Under the pieces are notes generated by a model that was given only the letters and a program-made list of their open reading frames with translations, did not search any database and was not told the DNA's origin. A stretch of DNA of 64,000 bases, taken from positions 165,106,001-165,170,000 of the forward strand of contig NC_042998.1 in assembly GCF_006345805.1 (NCBI RefSeq). Direction: 5' to 3'. The stretch's first letter is position 1; the number at the start of each line of letters is the position of its first letter. Both the position numbers and the translations under genes were made by a program. Of the stretch, positions 25,264-38,390 are shown piece by piece. The DNA is from Octopus sinensis (Eukaryota).

Positions 25264-25655
25264 TCTTTATATATAAAAGTGAGGTTGTGTGTCTGTCTCC
25301 TACGATTTAGATTCCTAACTACTCCCACATTTTGCGGTGCAGTTTAACCAAAACCGGTATCTTATAGTCGTGATTCATATCGAGATCGTCTGGGTATTAG
25401 CGCGCGTCTACGATGAGTCTACGATCTAAAAAAAATTTACCATCAATTTTTCCATTTTTAATCCATTTTTGACATATATAAGGGAAGTAACTCTCTAAAA
25501 TTTATTATTAAATCTCAGAACGTAAAAAGCTACAGTAACACCCCTCCCCCTTTGTGGTTAGCCATATTGAGATGGCTATTATACTTTACATCTCTAAAAA
25601 TGCTTATATAATTATTTCCCTTACAAACCCGAGCAACGCCGGGCGATACTGCTAG
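25264..25655 (+). mobile_element. Non-autonomous Helitron (same family as 23018-23529, opposite orientation)
   Basis: A|TCtttatatataaaag...cccgagcaacgccgggcgatactgCTAG|T. Confidence 0.9.
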
Positions 25656-26303
25656 TATATATATAATTGTTAAACAGGACAGCTGTGCTGCTTAACAGTT
25701 ATATATCTGCTGCGTCGGAAATCTGCAATGGCTCCATTACTACCGTCTCGGCTATAACCTTGGAGACCCAGTAATCCGTTACAACACTTACCTAGCGTAC
25801 GTAATTGTTTAGCTAACCTGTGAACTAAACCCTCATACTTTATTTATATATATATATATATATGAATATATATAAGGATATTATTGTTTATAGTAATATC
25901 AGCGGCTTAGCATGCGTAAAAAAGAACCCTAAAAGTAAAAATTATCAACTAATAATTAAGTGTACTAACATGCAGTACCGGCATGCTAAAATAGCAGTCA
26001 AAATGATCAAATCACAAGTTTTAACTTAAACACAAAGGTGAAAGCAAGCAAATGAACAAAAATCCTAAGACCTCGTACCAATGACGAAAATAATCGAAAA
26101 TTGAAACAGCCATACATACCTGTATGGCAGTGATTGCGAACTTTGAGAAACACACAGTTCATCTTCAGCGAGTCTTACTGACCTCAGGGTTGAAGAACTT
26201 GTTTATCTCAACCAATGTGTGCGATTTTTAATACCGCAGCAAATTTTAATTTTAATGTCGCAGTGCGTTTTTGTAAATTATATTATTATTAGTATATATA
26301 TAT

Positions 26304-27158
26304 ATTACATGGAAAAATGCGAGCAAGAGAAATAATATTCTTAAGACTATAAACCTGGAAGCAGGACAAGTTATTACTCTTGGAAAAGTTCATGACAGCT
26401 CATTACATCTGGTAAACTATAGAAAAAGAAAATTTTTTCTTAAAATATTGCAGCTAAGGATAACATTTCAAATAAAATGTTTAGATTTAGAAAATATTAG
26501 CTTTTATTAAAACTAAAAATTTTATTACAAGTTATTGCTTCTAATTTTTATTACCTGTAACTGCTATTAAAAATAAAAAATAACTCAAAATATTTTTTGT
26601 ACCTTAAAAAATTTCGTTTTTTATTTATAAATTAGAAATTAGAAATTTGAAAATAGGTTATAAAAATTGTAGTAGTACATAATTGGTTAGTACAATAAAT
26701 AGAATAATACAAAAATTAGTTATATATTACTGAAAAATCTACCTGTAACAACAATTTCACAGTAAAATTTGCTTGAATTAGTCCTTAAGTTATTGCCAAG
26801 TCTTCATATTTTTACATAAGGAATTTGCCTACCATATATACTATTCTACTTTGCATAAAAGTTTTGCTTTATTGTTAGTGCTGGTTCTCATTTTTTAAGT
26901 ATTCTAGTGTGTCAATATTTTAACAAGATGATGGTACCGTTTTTAATTATAATGTTACTTTGTAAATTAAAATTAAATCATTTTTAATATTAACATTTTA
27001 TCCTTAGCTGCAAAATTTTAAGTAAAATGTTTTGTTCTGTACTTTACCAGATGTAATAAGTTGTCCTGAAATTTTCCAAGTGTTATATCTTATCCTGTAA
27101 TTTTCCAGGTTTAAATCTTAAGAATATTATTTCTCTTGCTCGTATTTTTCCATGTAAT
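26304..27158. mobile_element. AT-rich MITE-like element with about 165-bp imperfect TIRs
   Basis: attacatggaaaaatgcgagcaagagaaataatattcttaag...gcagctaaggataa versus reverse complement at about 26995-27158. Confidence 0.75.
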
Positions 27159-27852
27159 CCATGTTTTTTTTTCTAGGCTATGCTATTATGCTAATTAATA
27201 ATGTGCCAAATATGTCAATTAGAGGTGTTAATACTTTTTTCCTTATCTAAATGACGCCGGTGACATGTGTTAAAAGTCCCCTTATAGAACTATATTTATA
27301 AAAAGGTATTGAACTATATTGTCACCCTCAAATTTGAGAAACAAACACTCATAACGTTTTTCTTTTAAAACTTCACTGCATGAGATTGATATGATGAAAT
27401 TCTTCGAATTAAGCTCTATCATTTAAGCTTAATCAACATATTTTTAAAATAATGTTAATTATGCTTAAATCCAATTTTTGCCTTATTTTTTTATGATATT
27501 TTACCTCACAACTTTTTTGATACAAATTTTTGTTGCATGGGAACAAAATTGTAAAATTATTCATGCTTTCTTCTATCATTGAAACTAAGATAAATATATT
27601 CGCTTTTATAATAAGAGTTATTTAGATCTAAACTTGATTGGTGGCATTACAACAAATTTTGATGTGAACTTTTTTTCTACTGGATCAGATCTCAATTCTT
27701 TATGCCAAAATGTAGATAGGGACCAGTCCTCTTCTGAAATGTTAGCAGTTTTCAATTTGGTTAAGAACTGAATTAGCGACAAGCTCTGAAAGGTGCCGCG
27801 TGCGAGTAAATTGCGGCCTCAAGAAAACTATTTAATTACTACAGTAGTTGAA

Positions 27853-27896
<44 letters not shown>

Positions 27897-27927
27897 TATA
27901 TATATATACACACATATATATATATAT

Positions 27928-27982
<55 letters not shown>

Positions 27983-28009
27983 CATATATATGTATGTATA
28001 CGTATATGT

Positions 28010-28140
28010 ATACAACGGGCTTTCTTTCAGTTTCCGTGTGCCAAATTCACTTACCCAAGATGGCACGCAATGGGGCAGAACTCGGAACCATGTGGTTGGG
28101 AAGCAAAACCTCTCATCACAAGACTATGCCTGTACTTATA
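28010..28140 (-). mobile_element. SINE family B 5' fragment with deletion
   Basis: ttctttcagtttccg...ggaaccatgtggttgggaagc. Confidence 0.7.
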
Positions 28141-28641
28141 TTGAACGAAAATAATCAGTAGTGTCAAATTTAAGCATACATGTTTGCCACTCAGTGGAAT
28201 AGTTTTCTGTTGGGTGTGGTCTAGAAGTACACCACACACACACACACACACACACACATGCACGCACACACACACACACACTATCTCTCACACACACATT
28301 CACGCATGTTATAAAAACAACACATTGGTGTATAAATTATCAAACGGCCGTTTACATATATACACTCACATATATGTATTTTATCGCGCATTCCTTAATA
28401 GCCAATAGCAATCGACTTTCTATTATCCGTTCCTAATTAAGCAATCTTAGTACCGTGTTTAAATAACAGCTTACAATGTCTCCGTATCTAAATGTGTACT
28501 CGTACTTTTGGACATTATTCGATGAAAGTCATAACCTGGTGTAACTCCGAGTTGTAATGTGATATTATAACTTCAACTAATAATAAATACAATACCCAGA
28601 CATCCATATACACACGCAAACAAGCAAACACTAATACAAAC

Positions 28642-28863
28642 ATATTTCTTTACTACCCACAAGGGGCTAAACACAGAGGGGACAAACAAGGACAGACAAA
28701 CGGATTAAGTCAATTATATCGACCCCAGTGCGTAACTGGTACTTAATTTATCGACCCCGAAAGGATGAAAGGCAAAGTCGACCTCGGCGGAATTTGAACT
28801 CACAGCGTAACGGCAGACGAAATACTGCAAAGCATTTCGTCCGGCGCGCTAACGATTCTGCCA
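28642..28863 (-). mobile_element. SINE family A, variant 3' tail
   Basis: Body cgaccccgaaaggatgaaaggcaaagtcgacctcggcggaatttgaactc; tail differs from other copies. Confidence 0.9.
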
Positions 28864-29175
28864 ATACACAGGAGTAAACGTTTGTGAATATATACTTATA
28901 ATAAAACGGCCAACAACGCACACGAATGCCTCTACATTCAGTTTAAAATGAATTAATAAAAAAAGAATACTTTCAAAGATAAAGCTAAAGAAAGCCAAAC
29001 GAAGAAAAAATAAATCGTTCATCGTCGGGTTGTAAATGTCATTTACTTCTTTGTTAATAAGCAGGTGTTTGTGTACGTGTCTCACTTCCTTCTTACTAAT
29101 GTCGTGTTTGTTTTGCTTCTACATGTTTATCTAAACTCTTGTTGTATTGCTCTCGGACAGAAAGAAATACATTGT

Positions 29176-29249
<74 letters not shown>

Positions 29250-30028
29250 GACTCCTTTTGGCATATTGCTCATTAATATTAACATAAGGTTTAGAAGACG
29301 TCAATTATAATTAATATTATGAAGTTAGATTACTGTCGCACCTGCCATACGAAAGGAAAGAAAAACAGTTATTAGAAGAAGTCTTGGGGGTAGACTTCGG
29401 CCTTTTCCCGAATAAGAGTTCTTTTAACAATATATTACAAGGTATTATATATGACTATTTTCCCACTAAGGTATATCGTTAAATAATTATTTAGACAGTG
29501 TTTAGTTATAAATAACAATATTTTCAAGCGATGTTTCTTTGCTTTATGATTGAAATAAAAATATTAAGTATTTGTGAAGAGTAACATAGACTACTTCCCA
29601 AAGAAAACCAGTTGACTTATCGGAAAAGCTTGAAGCTCGAAAATGCTTTAACTCATAGAATTAATGATCCTTCTCCATGTCTTTCGCTCTACGAATAAAA
29701 ACGTTCCCGTATCTCTGGGATAGCTAGCTACATACTCTCTTCATTTAAGCTCTTCTAACTTCCATCATTCCGCAAACCTCAGTTGAAATTCCTCTGCCTG
29801 AAGTAGAACACGCCACCTGTTTCTCACCACAGCTGTTCAAATCTTTGGAAATGTAAAGGATTTTTGCTGTTGTTACAGTTCATGGTTTTTGTCTATCAGA
29901 CAGCGATCTACAGACAGATGTTCAAGCTGAAACATCAACTGTATCATCGATCAATCAGACCAGTCCCGGAGGGTTCCCAGAGGTTATGGGTACTTATGCC
30001 TTCTTCTGACTCTAGTAAAAAAGGAAAA

Positions 30029-30770
<742 letters not shown>

Positions 30771-31581
30771 GAGAGGAGATAGATCACAAATAGATATAAT
30801 CACATTCGTACTGAGGGTCAGACAGACAATTTGACAGACAGATAGACAGACAGATCTAAGGCTCACAATCTTATCTTCTCACAATATATTCGTCTCTGTC
30901 AGTCTGATAGAGATCGTTCCAGTTGTCAGACGATCGCTGAAGCAGAGCATTATGGAAGAGGTTAGCAAAAACCGCTCACTCATTTATTTCAAAAATAATA
31001 TCTCAGCCAACGTTAATCAAAGCACAACTCAACACGACGACGACCACCACCACCACAGCCATCACCACCACAAGCTCCACCACTACCGTCACCACCACCA
31101 ATATCAACAACAACAAGAACAGCAATAGCAACAACACCATGTGATTTATTAGCATTCACATTTCAATTCTATATAATGTTAAATAGTAAAATTTCACAGA
31201 AATAGATTTGTATTGTTATTGATGTTAATAGTCACAAAAATAATACCACCTCTTTACTCTCAGCAACCTAGAATTAATCGAGATAACGTGGCTAGTCTTT
31301 ATGAGGTTATTTGGCTTGCTAGAAGTAACAGCCTAATCTTCTTAATGCCTGAAGAACGTACATCCCACTGTCTTAAAATACAAGGAAAACAAAACAAACA
31401 AAAAAAAACAGTAAAACATTCGCTAATGTAGCCGTAGATGTATAAAATACAGGATGGTCATATTTGGCTTTACCCTCTGGATCAATTAATTATGGATCTA
31501 TGGGATTCATGTGACAAGAGATCATCTTTGAAGTTATTCCTCTGCTCTTACAGGATTTCTGAATAATCAAGCATCGCAAAT

Positions 31582-31627
<46 letters not shown>

Positions 31628-31633
31628 GAGTAG

Positions 31634-31679
<46 letters not shown>

Positions 31680-31699
31680 TCCTATTACTATTTAGTTTT

Positions 31700-31885
31700 G
31701 ATCTAACAGACCTATTATGAAAGACACTCCAGCCACGAACAACCTGTCTCTGAGGGTACCCAGAGCTACATTATTAACCAAAGTGTCCTTCCTTCTTGAA
31801 GACAGTAAGGCGTTATTCGAGATAGTCTTGACTTTTGTTTCTAATAGGTCGCGACAAAATAGAGGCTTCCTCATTGAATCGTATA
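31700..31885 (+). repeat. Family D interspersed repeat
   Basis: gatctaacagacctattatgaaagacactccagcc...aagacagtaaggcgttattcgag. Confidence 0.5.
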
Positions 31886-32399
31886 TAAAAAGATATTAAA
31901 ATACATAGTAAAGTTCGCAGAAAAATGTTTATATATGTACATATATGTATGTATATATGCACATATTTATATATAATTTACATTATTATATGATCGACCG
32001 CCACGCATCCATTTCAAAGTAAGCTTCATCTTAATAATTATGATGCGCACTCTTCTATCTCTACTATCTCTTCTCTGTCTATCTCTTTCCCTCACTTGTT
32101 CTTCATCCTTTCTGGTTTTCTCTCCCATCTTTTCCTATTCTTCTCCTCTCCTCTTCCTCGTTCCCTATCTCTCACTCTTCCTCCTTGACTCTCTCGTTGC
32201 TGACACGTGACAAAAGGGAATCTATGTTTCTGCCCATTTCCTTCCTAAAGACAACACCTGTCTCCACTCATAAGCTCGTCTTCCTAGCGTTCATAATAAT
32301 TTTTCTATCGTCTTGACTTAACAGCCCTCACCGTTTGTTTTTACTGTCTTATTCTCATTGTCCTGTTCTTGTTACCACTTTAACCCTCCGCAAAAGTCC

Positions 32400-32750
32400 C
32401 GAACTTTATTTAACTTGCTTTGCGGGAAGGATTGTTTCAACGAAGTCGCGTATTGTCATTGCCTTCAAAAACGCGGCGTAGATGAAATAGGGACAACTGA
32501 TGAAGGGAATAGTCTTTATGTTGCACGTCTCGTTTCTCTTTTTGTTATTTTTCGTTGTTCAAAAAAGTTCGTTTTCTATGTTTTTGCTTTTATGTCTTCG
32601 TTTCTCATTGTGTTCAACGTTTTTTTGATGTACTGTACCCATATATGCATGTATATATACATATATATGTAGGTATGTACATATATGTATGTATATATGC
32701 ATATATTTATATATCATTTATATTATTATATATATATGTTCGTGTTATAC
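32400..32750 (+). mobile_element. Penelope-like pLTR family copy (homologous to about 7500-7800)
   Basis: tagggacaactgatgaaggg plus shared T-rich tail and downstream TA-rich segment. Confidence 0.55.
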
Positions 32751-33127
32751 AATAATGTAGATAAATGTATATTCATCGATGCTAAAAGAACGCTATACTG
32801 TATTGCATCTCCAACTCAGTTCAATTTGCCTTAAAATAGCTTGTCTAATTTAATAATAACTTAATAATCGTGGTTTTGATGCGAGAACCGGGTTGTGTGT
32901 CCCTACTTTGAGCAAGATACTACATTCGAGTTTCTCCAGGTTATTCGGCTAAAAATGAGAACTACCCCACTGTTGATGCAATCCCCACCTTTCGGTTGCA
33001 ATCACCTGGGGTGTGCCACTGCGTCAAAGTGAGAGGTCTGATAGGGTATATGGTATGCTCGTCTCTATAAAGGCAAGTAAAACAGTTAGCGAATATATGA
33101 TTACATGGTACATGTTCCCAAGTAATC

Positions 33128-33337
33128 CTTTCTACTAAAGGCACAAGGCATGAAATTTTGGGGGAGGGGACAAGTCGATTACATTGACCCCAGTATTTCA
33201 TGGTACTTAATTTATCGACCTCGAAAGAATGAAAGGCAAAGTCGACCTCGGCGGAATTTGAACTCAGAGCATAACGGTAGACGAAATACCGCTAAGCATT
33301 TCGCCCGGCGCGCTAAAGATTTTGCCAGCTCGCCACC
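33128..33337 (-). mobile_element. SINE family A
   Basis: Full body with head ggtggcgagctggc on minus strand. Confidence 0.9.
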
Positions 33338-33939
33338 TTTGCTTGCAAGTAACAGTTCTGCGCTCTATAATTTGATAAGGAACCTTGGGTATCATTTCCA
33401 ACATGTCTTTGTTTAGCCTCATATCACCTCTTACTGAGCAAAGGAGACGATCTGAAAACTTTTCAATGATGACCAAAATTGGGTAATTTTTTTAGACACT
33501 GTATCGAAGCCTTCTTTCACTTTGAGATATAGATATACTCTGCTTAATAATGAATTGGTTGCTATTCCCGTATGATCAAAAACTTACATCGAGGTTCCCT
33601 TCTTGGTATGTGGTAGTTTATAGTCATCACAGTTTAAGAAGAAAACAGTATAACACATATTAGGTTTCAAGTAAAGATGACCTGTGTACCAAAGTTGCTT
33701 CAGTCATGACGTATTCATCTTCATCAAATGTGTAATTTCTATAAAGTCGACAGAGAATACTTTGAGACTTGGCTGCTATTTCTAGTATATTGATAACTCT
33801 GAAAAGCTTTCCTCCTTATTTCTGCATACTAAGGATGGACAACTAGAAGAATTCAAGGTAAATTTTCGTTAGCGTACTATTCTGAAAGTTCCACGGTCCG
33901 TAGTTTGCCCATGACTGTTATATACTTTGCTTTAATTTA

Positions 33940-34235
33940 AATGGTGTACATGTTTAATTGTTAAACTCTAAGGGTTTCAATTCTCTAATACTTTAAACTC
34001 CAGTGGGTCAAGTGTTTAATAGTTTAATTCTGGTTTAATAGTTTAACTCCAAGATTGAATGGGTTTAATGCGTTATTTCAAAGGATTAACATGTTTAGTA
34101 GTTTAGCTCTAAGGGTAATTGTGCTCGAGGAATGAACCTGCTTAATAATTTATCTCCAAAAAGGAATATCTTTCATAGTTTACTTTAAAGATTGAACACA
34201 TTTAATAGCTTAACTCCATGGATTAACATATTTAC
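33940..34235. repeat. Decayed minisatellite, about 30-bp unit (tgtttaatagtttaactccaagg-like)
   Basis: Motif tttaa(t/c)agtttaa(c/t)tc recurs about 8 times with divergence. Confidence 0.6.
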
Positions 34236-34527
34236 CTCGACCAAACTATTTGGGGTTAATAAACAAAGGACAGAAATGAAGTCCTACTGCCAGGAATTTT
34301 GAGCATATTATTCAGATTCATTTATTCTTTAACCCTACCAAGATATATAATATTGATCTGAAACTTTATTACATTATGTTTTTGAGGAAGGAAGTTGTGT
34401 AAATCAATCGATTATATCAAGAATTACGACCGACAGACTTCACTGGAATTTATTTCATACACATTTAAATTATGATACTCAAAGTAGTTCCGGTAGGATT
34501 TGAAATTTGAACGTAAAATAACAATCA

Positions 34528-34717
34528 AATATTGGCTTCAAATTTTGGGAAAAGGCTAGCAATTTCGGGCGAGTGGGTAAGTTGATTAGTTTTTATTTGG
34601 TTTTATCGACACCGAAAGGATGAAAGACAAAGTCGACCTCGACGGAATCTGAACTCAGAATGTTCAGACGAAATACCGCTGAGCATTTCACCCGACATGC
34701 TAACGATTCTGCCAGCG
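34528..34717 (-). mobile_element. SINE family A (older relics immediately upstream at about 34240-34520)
   Basis: gaaaggatgaaagacaaagtcgacctcgacggaatctgaactcag. Confidence 0.85.
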
Positions 34718-36895
34718 CAACGGCTAATAATTTAATATATTTTACAATATGTAGTTTCTTCTTTTATGGTTCTTGTTTTTGTTGTTTAATCCACCGTATT
34801 TATTATCAAAGGTATTTCACCAATAACCATCCCATGTTTTGTCCAGTTATTTTCTCTCCATGCAGGAAATCATGGGTCACTTTATATATGTTTTTTCTCT
34901 TATGAGAGTATGGTTTGAGTTAGAGTTGGTATTTGTTTCTAGCAGAGCAGTAACCACATAGATGGTCTCTCATTGGCCTGTTTACTTCATGGTATAGTCA
35001 GATGAGGCAGAGTAGCATTCGTGATGGTTGGAGGACTTCTGAGAATGGTGAGGAAAGTAAGGTGCTGCCTGCAGACTGACAATCTGGTCTGAGTAATTAG
35101 AACTGAGTTTGCCTCCGCTTACGATTGATGATATTATTCTACGTTGCTCTACCAATTCTGCCATCTGTTATCGCTTCATATCTTATATTTTGAGTACCTC
35201 CACCATTTTCCAAGACTAATGGTTATAAATGCATATTCGTCGTAAAGAAGTTAATCTAAACGAAATACAACTGCGATTTGCATATTCACGTTCGAATCTG
35301 CCGAAATATATTGCGAATAAATATTCAAGTCCTCGCACACTATTTCAATTATAATAGTTGTAATCACGATCTATACCTCTTATTGCAAAGATTATGATGG
35401 TATAAATTTATAAATTGATTGAATCACCATGCATTAATTTCATTATTTTTGGTGTATTTATTCAATTTAATCAGATGTAGATCTATGTTTTCCGGATAAG
35501 CAACTCTTCGGATACGCACATACGGTGGCGTTGGTGAGTAGAACATACTCTCTCCAAGAATTATCATTCTTCTCATGGGTAGTGGTTTAAACCCTGCTAG
35601 GCCAAGACTGGATTGATCTATGATCGAAGTGTTCAAGCCTTCTTTTCAGGTATAACAAATCTAGCATTCCATTATCTCATGTGAAATTTCTCAAACTGTA
35701 CTGACTATCTATAAACGACATGATGCAAATTGAGGCGTATTTCGTTGTTCTTTCTATCAGTTCGTAAAGTTACTTAGAGGAATTGCATCGATAGTGTCTT
35801 TCAAGCTAGAGGTGAGGAATAATTCTATGAGTGTATGTATAAATTGATTTGCCAAATATACTGCATAGCACACTCATTAACTAAAGCGAAAATACAGAGT
35901 TTGGTAACTGTTCAAGTCAGTCAATGTATCATGCGTATCAGTTATCATTTAAATCAAAGTTATGCATCAATTAAGCTTAACGTGACATTCCTTTAATTGG
36001 ACTCTCAAACAGCTAATTGCGATGTATAATGAGTCAGCCTAAAGATGAGATGGTATTATTATAACACCTTGATAAATAACAAAGCTACTGAATAATTTTT
36101 TAAAATTCGAATCTATTAATAATGAATTGTTTTGTAACTTATATATGCAAGTAACTATCATTATAGGAATATATGCAATTTACTACGCAATAGCTTCTCC
36201 TGTAATCAATAGATAATTGAAGAAAAGCCGTCCAGTTACGTCTATAATTAGTAAGCAAATGAATTATTTTGTAATCCTCTGCCTGTCTTAAGCATTTTCA
36301 TAAGTTTGTCCGACATGTCTATGCTGGTTTCTAGATTTTTAGTTAGCCCTTGTTCCAAACGTTCTGAGTAATATAAAGCTTTCTGTTCATAGGTTACTCT
36401 GATAGCTGAAGAAAAAAATGCATACGTGTTTCATATGCGATGCTTAGCCGCCAGGGAACATGATAAATAACTCGTGACATTTTGAATCTCAACTACTTAT
36501 TGGTTGCGATGGTGAGATAGAACTTTTGATGATGTTACAGAAACATTCGAAAACACCTGAGTGGCTTTTATAGCTGAGATTGCAAGCCATTTTGATGGCT
36601 TACACAGCCAAAGCGACGATGCCACCTCTTGCTCTTCCTTACTTTCAGATGAAGATCCATGTTTAAAACGTTAGATTTTTTTAACTGATCTAATCAAACT
36701 CTCCTGTAATCATTTTTATAGCCAAATGTTTTCTGAATCTGACTGATAGCATTTTCATCGGAATTTTACACTCATTAATTTCTCACTTCAACAATAGTTC
36801 GACAAATGTAGCGATATCTCATAGAAACATAAAAATATGTTGCTTGGAAAAGATAGGTACGATACTTTCACACACCCGTCCGTCCAACTATCTGC

Positions 36896-36986
<91 letters not shown>

Positions 36987-37086
36987 TCTTCACTTCTAGA
37001 GATAAAGAGAGACAGAGTGAGAAGCTTCTTCGCTTTTAGAGATAAAGAGAGACAGAGTGAGAAGAGAGAGGCTGACAAGCAGAGGC

Positions 37087-37129
<43 letters not shown>

Positions 37130-37524
37130 GGAGGAGAGTGAGATAGATAGATAGAGAGAGAGATAAATAGATAGATAAATAGAGTGAGGGAGAGAGCGGG
37201 GGTAAGTTACTTTTCTCCTTGCTCCTTCGTGAACTAATTCTCGAGGTCAGAGAATACACTATTTCGTTACCCACCATTGTAATGCTTTCTCTTCAGACTA
37301 AATCCGATCTATGTCTAAAACCTGCTTGTGAATTGTTTCTAAAATCATTAACATCTACGGTATTTCGTTTGGAAAAGTATGTGTAGATTAGTGCCATTCA
37401 AATTGTTCAGGTTCATGCCATTAACCATTAACTTATAATTATGTTTACCTTCCAAAGGGTGTGTACACTGCTGTAAAATATACTAGACTCCAGCGCTTAA
37501 CTGGTACTTATGTCAACAGACAGC

Positions 37525-38390
37525 CTGCTTAGCAACATTTTCCTCAGTCTTTACGATCTGGGTTCAAATTCCGCCGAGGTCGACTTTGTCTTTCATCCTT
37601 TCGGGGTCGATAAATTAAGTAAGTACCAATGAAACACCGATGTCGATGTAATCGACTAGTACCTTCCCACCAAATTTCAGACCTTTTGCCTTAAGTAGAA
37701 ACGATTATTATTATTATTATTGGAAAGGTGGCGAGTTGGCAGAATGGTTAGCACGCTGGGCGAAATGTTTAGCGGTATTTCGCCGTCGCTACATTCTGAG
37801 TTCAAATTCTGCCGAGGTGGACTTTGTCTTTTATCCTCCGGGGTCGTTAGAATAAGTACCAGTTGAGCACTGGGGTCGACATAAATTTCAGGCCTTGTGT
37901 CTTTAGTAGAAATGATTATTATTATTATTGGAAAGGCGGTGAGTTGGCAGAACCGTTACCACGCTGGGCAAAATACTTAGCTGCATTTCATCCGACTTTA
38001 TGTTCTGAGTTCCAATTACGCCGCGGTCGACTTTGCTTTCCATCATTTCGGGGTCGATAAAATAAGTACCAGTTGAGTACTGAGGCCGATGTAATCGACT
38101 TAATCCCTGCCTCGAAATTACTGGCCTTGTGCCAGAGCTTTAAATTATTATTATTATTATTTAGGCGACGAACGGACAAAAACCTTAGCATGTCGGACAG
38201 AACGCTTAGCGGCATTTCTGTTAGCCCTTTTCAGGCATTTCTGCTCTGAATTCAAATACCATGGTCATCAATCTTGTATTTCATCCTTTCGGGATCGATA
38301 ATATACAATTCCAGTCAAACACTGAGATTGGGGTAAGCAACTAACCCCTCTCCTTAAACCTATTTGTCTCCAGCTAAAATTTGTGATCAC
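37525..38390 (+). mobile_element. Head-to-tail array of four family-A SINEs separated by (ATT)n
   Basis: Units about 37525-37720, 37721-37928, 37929-38160, 38161-38390. Confidence 0.85.

Noticed and set aside
27600-27800. Minus-strand reading QFLTKLKTANISEEDWSL reminiscent of a PIF1/Helitron helicase segment
   Set aside because: One short loose resemblance without Walker A or other helicase motifs; would need an HMM search.
37525-38390. Repeat-spacer-like periodicity (CRISPR-like)
   Set aside because: Units are about 210-bp SINEs with ATT tails in eukaryotic DNA; no short repeat/unique spacer structure and no cas genes.
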